DNA from: Podarcis bocagei
Taxonomy: Eukaryota
Direction: 5' to 3' (one strand)
Assembly (NCBI GenBank): GCA_964188305.1
Contig: OZ076896.1
Length of the DNA: 64,000 bases
In this document: positions 45,357 to 61,313 of the stretch, piece by piece
Numbering within the stretch: position 1 is the stretch's first letter
Layout: each line of letters begins with the position of its first letter
Translations under genes and position numbers: made by a program
Notes under the pieces: generated by a model
Database searches by the model: none
What the model was told of the DNA's origin: nothing
The model's input: only the letters and a program-made list of their open reading frames with translations

Positions 45357-48236
45357 GTTTTCTTCTAAGAAATACCTTTGTGGTTTTTAAAAAAGGGGTT
45401 TTGGCATTATACGTAGATTGTTTAGAAATGAAAGTTCAACATCTCTAATACCTTTTCTTTAATTAAGGAAGTCATTATTGGGCTATGGGCTATGTATTTC
45501 CAAAACAAATTTTTTATCTCTCTAGTTCTAGGGTTTGAGGCATTTGTTTTATGGTAGGAGGCATGACTTGATTAATTACTGCCATAAAGTTTGTATTCCA
45601 AATAACATAGCTCCTGTTTAATTCTGAGCATCAGTGATGATCAGACAATGGGTCTATCTAGTTAAGCTTCCAGTTTCTAACTACTTCACTTTAAGCACAC
45701 TCAGATGACAAGTTAACTTACCACTATGGGAACACTTGTGTTTACATTTTTCACTTGCTTTGCACACCTGCATTTGAATAAAGTTATAGGTAACTTTTTA
45801 AGATCTCATGTATCTGGCATTCGTTTTCACTGTTTGGTCAAATGAAAGGAATTGCTTTATTTACTCTGCCACAGATATTTCCATTTGTTGGCTCCTCCCA
45901 GGTCTCCAAAACAAATATCTCAACAAGTTTTTCACTTAACACAAAAGTCCTGCATGATCAGACCAAAGGCCTATAGTCCAGTATCCTGTTCTCACAGTGG
46001 CCAACCAAGTGCGTATGGGGAATCCCATAAGCCAGAGAGCAATGTACCCCTCAAACTGCTAGCTGGGGAAATCCAGTAATGGCACAGGCCATTTTTAAAA
46101 CAGTATGCTAACCAAGGAGAGCGTTTTAAGAAGAACCTATGCATAGTGAAATTTGTTTGGATCCATACTATCATGCCTGAAGCCATAATATGTTCTGTGT
46201 CTTTTGGGGATGATACTTGCAGATAAAGTAGTATCTTTATAGATGAAGTAGCATCTGGGACTTGCTACCAGTCTTCTGTGTTTCGATGTACAGTAGCTGC
46301 AGATGTCCATGGATAAATGGAAACAGCTCTGATTCTCTAGCAAACATATAGAAAACCCTTGTGCCTTTCAACCATCAACCAATCAAAACAGAAGCGCCAA
46401 GTCCCCTCCCCACCCACCCCTGCCATAAAAGGATTTTTGCTATCCATTTTCGGAGACCCTTGTCAGCTCTTGGTTTCTAGTCTGTTAGGTAGCTTCAGGT
46501 TTCTATTCTTTGCCACCACAACCAGCTGCCCTGAAAAAGCACCCCCAAACTCCTCTAATAATAAAAGGCACCAAAACTCCTGTTTATATTACTGCATTTT
46601 GGGGTTTCCAAATCTTGCAACATTTGCAGAAGCAAAACCATTAGATCATAGCAAGTAGCATTTATGTGAGCTGCCAGCTGGCCCAGGAAGCCTTTGCTTC
46701 AGAAAAGTGCAGGGAGTCTGAGCCTGGCAACCAATTTTAATAGTAGTCTCAAAAGATTACTCTAAACCTCTTGCTGATTACCTGGATGTGTGCATATCTC
46801 GACATATAAATTTTAGGATTCCCCAACACCCATGTTTCTAGCAAAAAGCAATGGGGAGTTTTAACAGGGTGCTGGAAATAAGAGAAAAGCATGTTGTTTC
46901 ACAGATTTGGCAACGCTGCGGAGGAAATGTAAATATGTGAAGCTAAAGCTGTCTTGCTTTACGGATGCAATCACTGTATTGATGGCAAGAGTTAGTGCAC
47001 TTCCAAAGAACAGAGTAAATCAGCTTACGCTTTCAGTCTCTCGAGTAAATGCATCTTCTAATGCAATTTATGAAGATGCTGCTCTTACTGCTGCTATATA
47101 AGGCGTAGTAGTGGGAATCGTTTCTTTCGGTATCCTTTTCTTCATCAATCCTTAGCCAAAAGAGGAGCACCATTGCTGTTGGAAACTGCTCACTCATCAG
47201 AATACAACCCCAAAGGATTGTCTGCAAATGCTAGAGAGCCGCCTTTCAGGCTGCTTGCTCTCGATTATGACACGATGCTAGCAGAAGAGGGGGTCAGACG
47301 TGTTCCACACTGGAGGCACTATGGCTCTAGAGATGCTCTTGGAGAAGATGAGGGGGCTATGCCACCTCAGATATGTACCTGAAGGTAACAGACGATCTGT
47401 TCCAGTAAGGGCTTGCTTTTCGGTTCAGCCTTGGCAGCTGCATGGGAAATCCCTCCACTTGGCCTGTCTCTTAAAAGCTACTCTCCTTATATCATTCCAT
47501 GCCAGGTGTTTTCAATCTGCATGCAAGCTGGCAGACACTTCTTCCTCAGCCAGCAGTAGCAATACTACAACTTGAGTAATTTTATGTGGCTTAGATGTGG
47601 CATTTGTTTTATGGTGGTTGATGAATTCTTACCAAAATTGGGAAGCAAGGTTTTAGTCTTTACATAATGGAAAATTTGGAAAACAAAAGGGGAAGTTGTG
47701 TGTTAAGTCTGTGAGCGATGAATTCACGGTTATTTGGCTTCATAATGCAGGCAAGGGATAGCCAACATGGCACCCTCCAGATGTTTTTTGGACCACAACT
47801 CCCTTCATCCCTGACTATTGTCCATGCTAGCTGGAGCCAATGATAGTTGTAGTCCAAAACATCTGAAGGCCTAGCCATTCAACAATCAGCTTTACAGCAT
47901 TTGTCTACTCATTAGTAAGTCCCACTAAGTTCAGTGTGACTTTCTCCCTGGAAAGTGAGTTGGTTTTTAGCAGGTTTCCTGCTGTTATTTTACTGTTTTA
48001 ATTGTGCTTTTATATGCTGTAACCTGCCCCTGGGGCCTTCTGTTGACAAGTGGGGAAGAAACACAATAGAGAACAGCAATAAAAAGAAAACAACTGGTTT
48101 TTTGAGGATTCGTTCTGATATATTTGTGGAGATGTTATATGATGACACACCAAATAACTGTTACCCACATTTGCCAGTGCCTTTTACCAGCACTTTCCTT
48201 AGTGCAAAAAGTCTGGAGCTTTTTCTTCTTTTTTGG

Positions 48237-48238
<2 letters not shown>

Positions 48239-48266
<28 letters not shown>
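48239..48266. repeat. (GT)n microsatellite
   Basis: Direct reading. Confidence 0.95.
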
Positions 48267-48268
<2 letters not shown>

Positions 48269-51200
48269 ATATATATGAGTGCCAAATTTACTTGAATTAT
48301 GTGATCTGTATTTGCCAGTAAGCAATCAAAGCTCCTCTGCAAGATACCAATGGTCTGGAAATGGCTCAAGAACATCAATAGTGTTGTACGCCACCTCAAT
48401 CTGAGCAGTACAAAATTCTAGGAGTTCAAGGCAGGCTTTCCCCAGGCCCTGTGTTTGCTTTTGGAAAATATATGTTTATTTACACATATATACAACCTGA
48501 GCTTACAATGGAAGAGAACCCAACATTAACACCCCAAGAGGTCCTGGCTTCTCCCATAGCCACAGCAGCCTTGGACTTAAACAGACTTAAACATTGCTCT
48601 CAAAAGTTGCTCTCTGACTGCTTACAAACTCTGTTGCATAACTCCTAACTACAGTCCTAAACTCTCTAACCTAAAACACAGCATTGTCTTTTAAGCTAAG
48701 GGTGGACCTACACACAGGAAAAACCTGCTATAAATAAGTTAGAAATTAAATTGTTATAATGAAAGGGGGAAAAAACACTATGGAAAATTGCTTAGAAATT
48801 TTATTTTGCTCTCCATTGCCATGTGGTGGTGTATGTTTATAACGCATTAAAACACAGGTTTGTTTGTTTTTGCTAGTGTAGCTTTCTCCTGTCTCTCAGT
48901 TGATGGATGGAGCCCACTCATTTGCATATGAGTTTTGCCCGTGATGCTCTGCATTGTCTTAATTAGCCTGACTAATTTAGCTTTTGACACTTGCCAGTTT
49001 CCTAGGATTAAAGAGGTGTCTGATGCAGCATAATACACAAATGTCTTGATTAGATTTTAATACGCAGGAGTCTGGCACAGTTTTAACACACAAGCCTTAA
49101 TTAAATTCTAACACTAGCTTAATTCAGAACTTAGGGTGTCTTGCACCCACAACTCATAACAATATCTTAGACTTGCTAGTGATTATTTAAGTTTTTTCAG
49201 GAATTTATGCTTATGAAGGGATTTATGATGACAACATTAGTGCTTTAGTTATGAGAAGGGATTGAGCATTTAAGTTCTGTAGTGGAAAAAGAAGAACCTA
49301 AGCTGTAATAGATCCATTGTTTGTATTGATTGCTTAAGGTAACGGTTTATAATCTATTTCATTATACATAATAAGCCTTTTTAATATGGAGTGTTTAATT
49401 ATAATTAGTGACTATGTATATAGCAATATAATTCTGCATTAGGAGAGCTATTTTTTAATTTATTATATGACTTGTCTTTTAGCATCTTGAAAGGAAGATC
49501 TTCACTGATGTGCACTGGCTAGCTTAATATTTTTTAAAATGTACTTATTGTTCTCCTCAGTACCATTTGGAGGCCTCCTCACGTTTTAGGCTTTCTTGTC
49601 TTTGGTGCTGTATGCACACAGAAATGAACAAAAAGAAGGTATTTCATAAACACTGAATGAATTGCAGATTCCTAATAAATTTGCTTCTAAAGTGCTACTG
49701 TGCGTTTTGCCCTTATAGACTAAGACTAACATGGCTCCTGTTCTGAAATGTGCTTGCATACATCTGCAGCTAAGGTTGCTTCACAATGGCAGTTAGGGAT
49801 ATGAGGGCGTTCTGCCACTAGATGCCACTCTTAAGATGCTGAGAAAAATTCGGAGGTGGCGTATGGGCTGTTGACTGTAAAACGTTCAGAGCTTCTTTAG
49901 TGGAAAATCCCTTGGAATTGTTTGATGTAAGGGGTTGAATTGATCAAGCTTGATGCATTGAAGGACTAAATGTCTCCCATTTACTTCAAGGCATGCCAAA
50001 CTGCTTCTGTCTCTAGAAGGGAAGACTGCTCCTGCTGGGTCTTGAAGGATTTGTAAGATTTTATTTTTTTGCTTCCCCGCAAGAAAATACACAGAATGGA
50101 AGAACAATTGAGAGATACATATTTTGGAAAGAACTGTAGAGAGGCTCGTTCAGACACATTCACTAAATGGAGAGTGGGGTTTTCCCAATGCTGCTGAAGG
50201 CAACAACAAATCAGAAAAGGGGACTTCAGGGAGGTATTCAGTGAGCTAAAGGAAGTAGTTAAGACAACAGGTTTATTGTTTAATGGCATGGAAAAAAGTT
50301 TACTTGGAACAAGGGAAGGAGGGGAATTATCAGTCAACAGCAAGTATGTTTAACCAAAAAAAAGTCATAGCAATGGTCTTAACATGAAAACATACAAAAA
50401 TTGGACTCACAAATTAGTGGCACAAATCAAAATTTCCCCAAAAAGGAGATAATGGTAATTCAAACCTTAGGAGGAAGTTCATTTAAGGTCCACATAATTT
50501 GTTTACATAAACCTCCTGTTCTATTCTGCTACTTGCAAATTGGAAGGAATTTCACAATAAGGAGCGGAAGGGGATCCCAAGGCTAAACAATGCAGACATG
50601 TTAGGAAAACCAAGGGCCCCATCCCTGACCCTTTGGCACCTCACTTTGAATCTCACTCAGCTAGAGTGAGTAGAGCTTTTTCTTCTTTCATGAAGAATGC
50701 AGAGCAAGCCCCTGGCAGTGCAATCCTGTTTACACAGTTAAACAGAAGGAAAAACCACTATGTTCAATGGGGCTTAGTCCCTGATAAGTGTTCACAGGAC
50801 TGCAGTATGAAGCTGCTTCTAGCACTTGCCTGTGTCTCTTGGGCTTCCAAACAACAGAATCTATCCACTTCACTGCAGTTGCAGAAACCAGCATTTGGAA
50901 TCAGGAAGCAAATACACCACGATCTACAACTGCTCATTTAACGCCCATTTGTTCAGCTGCTGTTCCTCACAATTCAAGCCCATTTTGAATTGTTTTGTTT
51001 TTTATCTATGAAGTCCTAAATTATCTGAGGCCTGAATGTTTTATGGACCATTTTATTCTGTATGAACCTATCCACTCACTTAGATTGTCCTCAGAGACTC
51101 TGCTGCATATTCCCCAGGCATTCTAATGTACAGTGCATATCACACAATGCAGGGCCTTTCTCAGTTGTGGCACCTAGACTATAGAACACCCTCTCAAGGA

Positions 51201-54200
51201 CTCACATGCCCCCTCACTAGTCAGCTTTAGAGCACAAGTTTAAAACCCCTCCTATTTTACATATTATTTGGGATAATTATCAATTACATTTTGCTATATT
51301 GCTGCATGATTGTTTCACATGAGCTTTTTTCATTCTTGCTAAGGCACCCTGCAGATCCTCATGAATGCGAAGATTGGATATAATCATTTGAAATAAATAG
51401 CTTTACCTCCTCCATCCTCACTCCTAGTGTTTCTGGGTGTGTGCATTTCATTTATACTGGACATACTTCTTGTACTCATCGGCTTACAACTTCCATCATC
51501 TAACTTCCATTAGATAAAACGAGTCACATATCAAAGTGCTCGCTGTTGACTATCTGTGGTATTAGGTTACATCTTAAATGGATGGGAGCACTTTATATAC
51601 ATAATTTGCAAATAAAAGTCCGGCGTGCATATAAGCTATTAGGCCACTTACATGGCTGCTGGCCAGGAAAAAAGAAGAAAAACCCACTCTGCACACACTA
51701 CAGTAGCTTGAAGCATCGTCGTTAATTGCTTTCTTTCCAGTGTTCGGTCTCCCACCTGCCCATTTGTTGTCAGGGATTATGGAGCCAAACCCAAAGCACG
51801 TACTCTGCACTCTCAAGTCCACATAGAATATGGTACAGGGCAGAGCAGTAGTGGGAGAGGAGGGTCATCACAGAAAGTGTCTCCTGACTAGGCCAACTTT
51901 CAACATACCCTTGCAAAGCTGAGAAACACAACTGGGCTGTTATCTTAAGCTGTCTTAAGGAGGCAAGTCTGAAGAGGGGACCTGTTTTTGACTGGCCTTG
52001 TCCCTGGTCTTGTACCATACCTCTAAAACACAGCATAGGCCAGGAGCAATTCTCTGCTCCTTTCTCCAGCTCCATAATTAAGCTGGAGAGAGATGTGGAT
52101 CTTTGGTGTAAGAACAAGCTCCAGCAGCTTTCCAGCTTTGAGCTGAAAATGGGAGCAAGGCTGCTCCCTACAACTGCATACCCTGTGCACAAAAGCTAAT
52201 CACTGATTTCTGTCATCTCTGTGGGAAAACTGCTGTTTCACTCAGGTCCTCCTTGCTGGCTTTGCAGAGGCACCCACTTGGTCACTATGAGAAAAGGGTG
52301 TTGAATTGACGGGCCTATGGTCTGACCTATTGGGACTCTTCTTCTGTGAATGTAAACTGACTGTTGTGTTCTGTTGTAGCAGGAGACCCCCCCCCCTTCA
52401 TTACATCGTAATGCACAAGCACCACACACACACCTCCCACCTCCCAAGTCTGGAGATGCCCCTTCTAGAGGGGCACCCCCCCCCCCCCAATGGTTGGTGT
52501 CTTGTTTGTCCAAGGGAGCCCTCGGATTTTTCCGGTAACACTGTTCAGGCAAGAGAAAGAACTGGCTGGCAGCAGAGCGTGTGTGAAAAAGAGTGGGCAG
52601 GAATAAGAGAGATTCCCTGTTGTTGTTTTTAAAAAGAAAAGGCAGGGGTCTCCACTTGTTAAACTGAAACAGCTAATGCTACACTTCAAGCAAAACCCTC
52701 TTTTGCCCAACAGAGATCACCTAGAGTCTGCCAATGAGAGCATTTGTGTACCTTTGCATTACTTCCTGCCAGCTGAGTCAAGTTCACACTTTTTACTGGG
52801 TGGAAAATAAATGTTGCCTCAAGGAAGCCAAAGTAGGGCCTTTGAAGCCAAAGTAAATGTTTAAAAATGATCCAGTTGCTTGACCTTAATATAAAAATGG
52901 TTTTACACCTAATAAATAGCTCCTCTGCTATTAATTTTTATGTAGCCCCCATCCCTACATGTAAGATTATAAAACAAAGGGATTTAAAAGGAGAGAACGG
53001 AATGAAAACGACAACATATTTATTTTATTTTTCTGTCTAACTCCTCCTAACACTCATCAAAATTCCTGATTTGTAGGCCAGGTGTATAAATATGAACAAG
53101 AGGTTGGAGCTGGAAGTCTGCCAGTCTAGTTTCCAACCTAGTACTATGACCTCAAGTTTTTTAAAAACAGCAACAACTGTATCTAGCAATTTTTGGGATT
53201 TGTATGCGGGTATTGATTGAAACTCAATCAAAACAACACTGAGTTGAGCCTAAGAAGCTCGTGTGTCCTATTTTATAGAGGACAGTCCTCTATTTGAAAG
53301 GCAAGTCCAGTATGAATACAATAAACCATGAAAAAGGGGAGCAGGGGTCTTGAAATTGCCCTTCAGCAGCACCTGCATAGCAGACAGAATGCACACAGGT
53401 TCCTGGTCAGCCTGCCCTATTATGACAATATGTAGCATATTTCAATTGCAATTATAGTAAACATCTTCTAAATTTGCATCTGTACACATAAATTGGTGCT
53501 TGCAAGTTTTATGCAAATTGCAGTCTTCTTTTCCGCTACTCTTTGATGATGCATATCTTTTTCTTTTCGTGGGGGATGGAGCAGGGTTGGTGTATAAGTG
53601 GCTAGCCTAGATTAGCTACGTGATAACAGAAAGCTTAACAGTACTGGGCTGTTAAATAAAAAGCTGTGTTCAGTTTGAACTCTGTACATGACCCAAGCCT
53701 ATGTAATTTGTTTGGTTCTCAGTGGTGCAAGTATCGCTGTGGTGGAGAGGGAAAGCCCTTGTGCCTTGAGCCAATGATAATCCCCTCACAGACACATGCC
53801 ATTCATAAGCAACAATCTGCACCTTGCCCCAACTAAATCCAGAATCCAGTACCGCTTCTACATGCAAGCTAAACCCTTAATTCAGCCAATAATCTCCCAT
53901 TAGTAATAAATGAGTATCAACCAGCAAGCACACACCTAATTAAATTAAGCACCCTTTCACACTTCTTGAGAAGCCCAAGTCTGTCCCTTTCTCAGCAAGA
54001 ATGAGGGCATATTGCTAATAGACTGTGTTAATTAGGTCAAGAGTATTCCTTTTTCTGCATTTCCGAGAACTTCCATGTTCACCCCTTTCAGCAAAGGCAA
54101 GAACATCTTGCTAAAAATAGACCAGATGAGAAGAGATGTCACTATTGCTGGGCTTTCACCCTGTGGCATGACAGTTAATTAACTCAGGATATCCCAGGAA

Positions 54201-57200
54201 CTCTCCATGTGCTTTTTGTTATGAACACTCAGGTATGAGCCCAGACTCCCTGTGGAAAAGCACCTCTAGCAGTGAGACACACTTTCCCTATAACCACATG
54301 CACAGGGCATCACCACTTCATTCAGGCTTCTGCCTGGGAGGTTGCTCCACACCACGCAGGTTTAGTTTTATGGAATATTTTACCCCACCCCCAGAACCCA
54401 CCAGGTCCACCAACAGGGGACAAGTGCAAAATAGTGCCTTGAAAAGGGAGGACAGACATAACATTAATGAAAAGAGTGCTCCCATTTCAACCTAGGACTT
54501 CGTTTTCCATAGAACAGCTGAGCTCATGGTCCTTTCACGTATAAACCCTACCACTACCTTGCTTAATATCTGACTAGCTGAACTAAAAAAATTTTTTCCT
54601 GGTTTCTATGTTTTGCTTGGTCATAAGGCAATTGAGGATTTTTCAAAATAAGAGTGGCAGTTTGTCTCTCTCCCTCTGCTTAGCTTATTTGCTGGGCTTC
54701 TCTCTGAAAACAAATTTGTTGGCAAGCAGAGGACTGGCCAGGAGATGTTGTAATTCCTGCTGTGAAATAAGTGGCAGTGATTCCTTCCTGTCCATCTATG
54801 TTTCACTGAGCCCCCAAAACACAGAAGGAAGAGTTACTGTGCAGCAAGAACTTATGTGATTTTGCTAATCTCAATCATCGGCGTGTCCTGTCATTTGGGC
54901 AGTGTGTCATGGAGGAGCTCCAGCCTCCCCTAGTAATGTGCACCTGACTTTTTGAGGGTTTTCCTTCAATTAAAATCAGGTGGTAACAATGACCAGGGAT
55001 GGTTATCATTGCCTCTTTCTGGTACAAAGTTTTATCGATGATTCTAGTGCAGTGAATGATTAGTTGTGTACTTACTGATATGCTTTCTTTTACACTCTTT
55101 ACCATAAGGACCCAGGGTGGGTTACAACATCAGAAGATACAATTATAAAGATACAAATAAAACAATCAAAATGCTAAAAAAAAATTGTTCCAAATGGAAG
55201 AGAGCTCCAATTCATACAGCTGCAACCTCAGTTCCTGAATGCTCACATATAAGCAATATGCATTTGGAACCTTCAAATAGTGCAATTGTAGCGCTTTGGG
55301 TATTTTCCCCTGGAAGTGCAAATTTCCTGACTTCTTGTCACCTGGAACTATCCCAAATGCACCCTCTTATCAGTACTATTACATATGTAAAAACAACAAC
55401 TGCATTTGGGAGCACTTGCAGGTTATTAAAAATTAGGCCATGTTTTCCTTTGCCTTTTATCCCATTTAGTACCAGCACTTTGATTACAGCCATATTGCCC
55501 CAAAGCTGCACCTGCTACAACCTGGTACGCTTGATGCCTGGCCCAGTTCATATATAACTTACTCCAGCTCACCTTCTTTCCCTTTTCATTGCATTTCCAT
55601 TTTAACATCTTGCTTCCCTCTTCATCTTCTTCTATATTGTTCCTCAGCTTCCTGCTTTTGTGTTTAAAAACAGAAGACTGACTTTTCAATAACCTCTGCA
55701 GAAGCCCAAGACAAATGACATTATTTAATGATTAGAATAGCTTCTTTTCTTCCCATTTTGTACCACCAAAATGCATAACGTGCTTTTCAAAACTTTACTA
55801 TTTTCTTATTTTAGCTCCGTTTTTTCCTCATTTTCTTTCAGTGTTTACTGTTAGGTTATAATGAAAAATCTTAAATAAATTACTCATGAGGAGTGTGCTG
55901 TCAAGAAAATGTTGAAATATTATTGGTGGCTACCCCACAATGATGAAATCTTTGGCTCTGGAGGTCTGCCAAAAGTTGAGAAGGAATATTTTCTAGGAGG
56001 TATGGTTGCAATAATCACCATACTTTTAAGATACACACCCTACACAAATAATATTGAGAACAGTAATTTGTTAAGGCTACTGGGAATCATAGCTCTGTGG
56101 GGGTGAATTACACATCCCATGATTCTTGGGGAGGGGGGACAACTGTGCTTTAAATCCATGGTTTGTATGCAGCCTAAGCAACCTTTCTGTCTGGACTAGA
56201 ATTTGGTCACTGGAGCTGAAGCTGTTAGTGTTTTACTGACTATATTGTATATACTTGGTATCTTAACTGCTTTTTGGAATGCTTCTTCTTTTCAGTTTGC
56301 AAGATAGTGTGGGGTACAAATATACACACACATCAGAATCTATATTATCTTTTTCTGCTCTTCTGAGAAAATTGAGAGTTGGCAAATCATCATTTACAGG
56401 TTCCATTGTTCCATTGTTACTGCCAAGTAGGAATAACAGAGAAACCTACCTGGTCTAACTATACAAGTTCTGAAGTAGTGAATTTGGCAATAAACTAATT
56501 AAAAGTACACAAAGAATAGAACTTGTAAATGCTTTCTTTCTGCAAATACTGGATTGTTTCTGAAGTATTTCAGCTGTTAGTTTAAAAGGATTATTCATAA
56601 GTGATTTTTACTGATGTAAATAACCATTTAGATGTGTTTTGTGGATATTTATATATTCATAAAACTGCATGTGTTGCTGTTGTTTAAAAAATAAACAATA
56701 TCTCTAGCTCACTGCAACCACAATTTTAAAATAGGATGCCTACACTCTTAGGTACTCCCAAATTACAATATCCACATATTTTACTTTGTACCTTGCCCCA
56801 TCCAATACCAGTCATGGGTTTGTTGCTGATTAATAGCTGGGTTTATTCAGAATGGTTTAATCTTTCCACTGCACAAGGTGGGGGAAGATGTATTCCACAG
56901 AGGTGTATGTATTATAGCTGGAACACTGCATATTTCTCATCTGGAAAAACCTTGTCTTGGTAAGGTCCCTACTTTCTCTGTTTCAAAATGCTTCTTGTTT
57001 ATCTTATCATTTTCTATTGCTAGAAGTTAAGCTAGGATGCTTGTCAATATTGAGCAGACACTGAAAACAGGTCTATCAGCTGCAGAGGCAGATGACAACT
57101 TGAACATTAAAGTTTGCTTCTCAAAACAAGGGCAGGCAGGGAACACTGTCAGTTGAGAGAACCTCTGGAGTTATGTTGGGGAGAAAGCATTTAAGTAGCC

Positions 57201-58714
57201 CTCTGTGCAGCTACCCATTTGCCATATGCACTGCAAAAGGCAATGTGGTTTCAAAGGCAAAATGCCATGCTTTCAGCAAGGCAACCTGGGTGTCTGCAGT
57301 AATGAACGAAACAGGGGGAAATGTTTGCACAGCATGGAATAGCATCCTTATGTTTCCTTCCAGTCCGTGACATTTCTCTTTTCTTTTTTCCCCTTTTTTA
57401 GTTTTGTGTTAAAAGATAAAATCTTGAAAAGAGATACAAATTAGCTTTGCTAAAGAAACTTCTCTGGGAGGGAGGAAAATGAAGAAGCCATAGAAGAAAT
57501 GTTTTCTCTGTCTCAATTCTTGCTTCGCAGCCATGACTGACTAGTTGAATTGTGACCTAACATGAATAAAAAGGCACTCAAATGGCTTGAATCACTAGTA
57601 TAAAGTTCCGAAAATGGGTTTTGTTGGTTGTTGCCAGTGATGAAGATACACCATTGAACGGCTGACTTATTGTTAAGATAGTCTGACAAGCTAGATCCTT
57701 TTGCATCAGAATGGAAAAAGAATTAAATAGTAATCCTAAAATATGTAAGCAGAAGTTCTACATTTTCACTGATGGCTATAAGCAAACTAGAACTTCTTAA
57801 TCTGAAAACACTGGCATTAGGCCACTGGTTAAATTCCTCATACTTAAGGAAAATCCCAGGTGACTGTCTGAACTCTATTGAACCAGGAGAAGGGTAGTGG
57901 AACTGTGCCAAACATCTTGCCCTCATAAATGGAACATATAAAACTGTATCATTTTCTTGAGAAATAGCACTCCTTTAAAAGAGAAAAATATTGGCAAAAT
58001 AGAAGGCTGTGCATACTCTAGACTAAAACAAAAAACAAATCCAAAATTTGCATGAAACCAAATTGTGTTACTCCCACAAATAATACAAATCGTTTATTTG
58101 CTTGCTTTGTGTAATTTATTTTGCTTTTAGATGTGAGAGGAAGGAACTGTACAAAACACTTCATTGCGTAGCTTGCAATCCTGTTCTCTTTGGTTGAGAC
58201 ATCAACAGTTAATGCTGGAACATATGCTTTGCATGCAGAAGGTCCCAGCTTCTCCATTTTATTTTATTTTTTTAAAATTGTTGTTTTAACAGGCGCCATG
58301 AGAAGACTCCTCTTTTTCTGATACCATGGAAAGTCACTACCACTAAGAGTATACTATGCTGGGCTACATGGACTAAGGCAAAGTTCAGATGCAGTATCCC
58401 TAGCTTCATCAACCATTTATCTGAACTGGTTTAAGTCAGCTGCTCATGTTCATATCATCTAATATAGCCCTCCTCAATTTGGTGCCCTCTGGATGTCTGG
58501 GACTCCAACTCCCATCAGGCCGAGTCAAAATGTCCAAGAGTCACTTGAGTTCACAACATCTGGAGGGAGCCAGGTTGGGAAACACAGCTCCTACTATTCT
58601 TGCACGGAGCAGTTGTTCTTCCCCAAACACACCACAAGCAGGTAGCCAAGACCAAACCCTGGCTTCTACTGGTGGTTTGTTTGGTTGAAACAGACCAGAA
58701 GCCTGGGTTCACAT

Positions 58715-59033
58715 TGGTCAGTGCAGTCCGGGGTGGGCACACCCATGAGGGGGGGCAAGGCACAGAGGGCACCCTCCCTTGCACCACAGTTCAGGGTAGG
58801 AGAGTGGTAGGGAAGTTGCTGCCCACTATCCTCCTGCTCTCTGCCACCAGGTCAGACCTGACCCAGGGAGCAGATCTGCACCAGGCACAAGCATCGCAGT
58901 CAAGGCGCAGCTCCTTCTGGCACAGAGCCAGGCTCTGTTGAAGGAGCCTGCTGTGGGGGCACCTGTTTGCGCCCCCTCTCAAAATTGTGCTTGGGGCCAT
59001 GGCCCCCACAGCACCCCCCACGCTACGCCTCTG
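58715..59033. mobile_element. hAT-like MITE
   Basis: Flanked by direct repeat GTTCACAT (58707-58714 / 59034-59041); right end GCTACGCCTCTG. Confidence 0.65.
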
Positions 59034-61313
59034 GTTCACATGCCAGTCTGTGGCTTGTTTCCTGGCATCAGGAGCAGGAGAGGAGTGAAGCACAAACGTT
59101 TAAACAGCACACACAAACTTCCTGTTCATTGACAATAAATTGAAGTTTATGGTTTAAAGTCACATGCAAACTGGGCCAGAGTAACACTTCTCACTGTGGT
59201 GGTTATAATTACTCATGTGGAATCCACTTAATAATAGTGGAGACTTACCTAGGTAACGTAAGGTGTAGTCTTTATTCATGAACCAAAGACCAGTACAAGC
59301 CGAAGTTAACATAAAACCCACTAAACTACCTTAAGTGGAAGCTAAACCATTTTTTTAATATTATGAAGAAAGCTGCTGCCATATATTACCAGTTAGTGAA
59401 CTTTGGAGTCTTTACTTTTAACTTCAACAATGCAACACTGGAATTTTTAGTCATCTTTATATTCCTTATTCTTTTAAATAACACCCACTCAATGCAGTAA
59501 CAAATACACATTGTGTGTAGTCTGTCCAGGACAGTGGGAGGGAAACTAAGAGGTATATCTCTGCTATGATGCATCTCAGCAACGTGACTGACATCAATAG
59601 AGCAGTGACTGATTTAAATGGAAGTGAAATTAATATCTGGACGTTTTTTGCTAATTGATTTCATATATTAACTGTTAATTAACCTCTTGAATGGATAAGC
59701 CAGATAAACATATGTAACATGAAGACTATTATTGGGCATTTAGCAGAGTCCTAATTGAAGCTACTTGGTATTAAACAGGTTCTCAATGCAGCTGTACTTT
59801 TTACGAAGCCTACTCTGAGGAGAAAGGCAGCACAAAGAGAAGGCAGGGGGGAAGTGACGCAAAACATTGAGGGCCATTTTAAAGCCAAGACAGCTTAATT
59901 TAGGGTCAACGTTTAACATTACATTTTTCCTACATGGAAAATGCTTCACTGTAGAAATAACATGAAACAAACTAGGTGGGAAGCCAGCAGCCATGTTTCC
60001 TGTTTCACATATAATGACAGGCCGGTGGTGAAGTTTAATTGTAGTATCAGAGAGGTACAAAGGTGAAACTGTCCTCATGCCAATCCACCCCCCAGTCCCG
60101 TCCCAACAGCCTGGCTCACTTCTGGTATTGGAACAAATCTGAGGGCTAAAGTGTTTAGGTGACTGTGAAAAGGTAATAAAAAGGAAGTGCTCATACTGCA
60201 CAGCACCTCTGAAGTAAAAAATTACACACCCTTCCTCAGGGAAGACACATAAACAACAATTGTGACTGCCACATCATACCCAGTTTGGTCCCAAGTCAAA
60301 TGTGTGCATTGCTACGTGTATATGACTGTGTGTACAGACTACGTGAGAACTCACAGCCAGTTCTAGATGTTCATGTGTATGAAGCCTATAAACACCATGT
60401 CTGATCCTAACACACGAAGAGTGCAGCAGCAGTTTCATGCTGATTCTTCAAGGAAAGTGTTTTCTGTAATGTGTGACGCAATCTGTGTATTGGTAACTTA
60501 TAAATGTCGCTAATGGGTCTAAGCCAAGGCAAAACAGCAGCACGGGAACCATTTCCTACAAAATTATTCCTTTTCATAGAAGCAACTGAAAGCAACAGAA
60601 GCTAAGGTAGGTAGAAACTTTAAATTCCTTTGACAATCACCAATGTTGTCTTTTTGTGGATATACTTTGTGAATTACTTCAGAAATAAGTTACCCCAAAA
60701 CAGTTACTGTATCAGGTTTGGGAAAAGAGAACAGACATTTCTTTCCTGCCAAGACCATGTATCATACTTGTTGCAATTAGAATTGCTTCCTAAGACTTGG
60801 TTATAATTAACACATGGATGTTAATGAACCATAGCCTCTGCTTAGGCTTCTTGTGGTGATGTTGATGTTATCCTCAGTTTCCTGTCTGAGCTGAGCTACA
60901 GGACTGGTGGGACATCTTTATGCTTCGCCAATACCCATGCTCCTGTTCAGAATCTGAAACAGAAATAATGAAAAGCAGAATCAAAGGTTGGGAACTGGAA
61001 CAGGATGGATATATCAGCATGCACTAGACTTGCTTAAATTAAGTCACTCCTGATTTTGATTTTTTTTAAATGATTTTTTTGGTGACCTCTCCTTCAGCTA
61101 CTAAAATGGTTATTGGCAGTGTTTCAGTATACTGCTTCACTGCAGATAAAAAGTGCTCGGGTATAAGTAGCAGGGGTGCCAACTTGAATAAAATATTAGG
61201 GGAGGCAAGTAAGCCCCACCCCACATAATCAAATGCCCAAAATGCCAGTTGTTGTTACAGGGGGATGGGATTCCACAGAAGCAGCACAACTAAAGAGAAG
61301 GCCCTTCAATATA

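Noticed and set aside
46895-47390. Possible exon between RPS23-B and ATG10 (acceptor-like TTTCACAG, donor-like AAG|GTAACA)
   Set aside because: No continuous ORF or recognisable homology; cannot be supported without transcript data.
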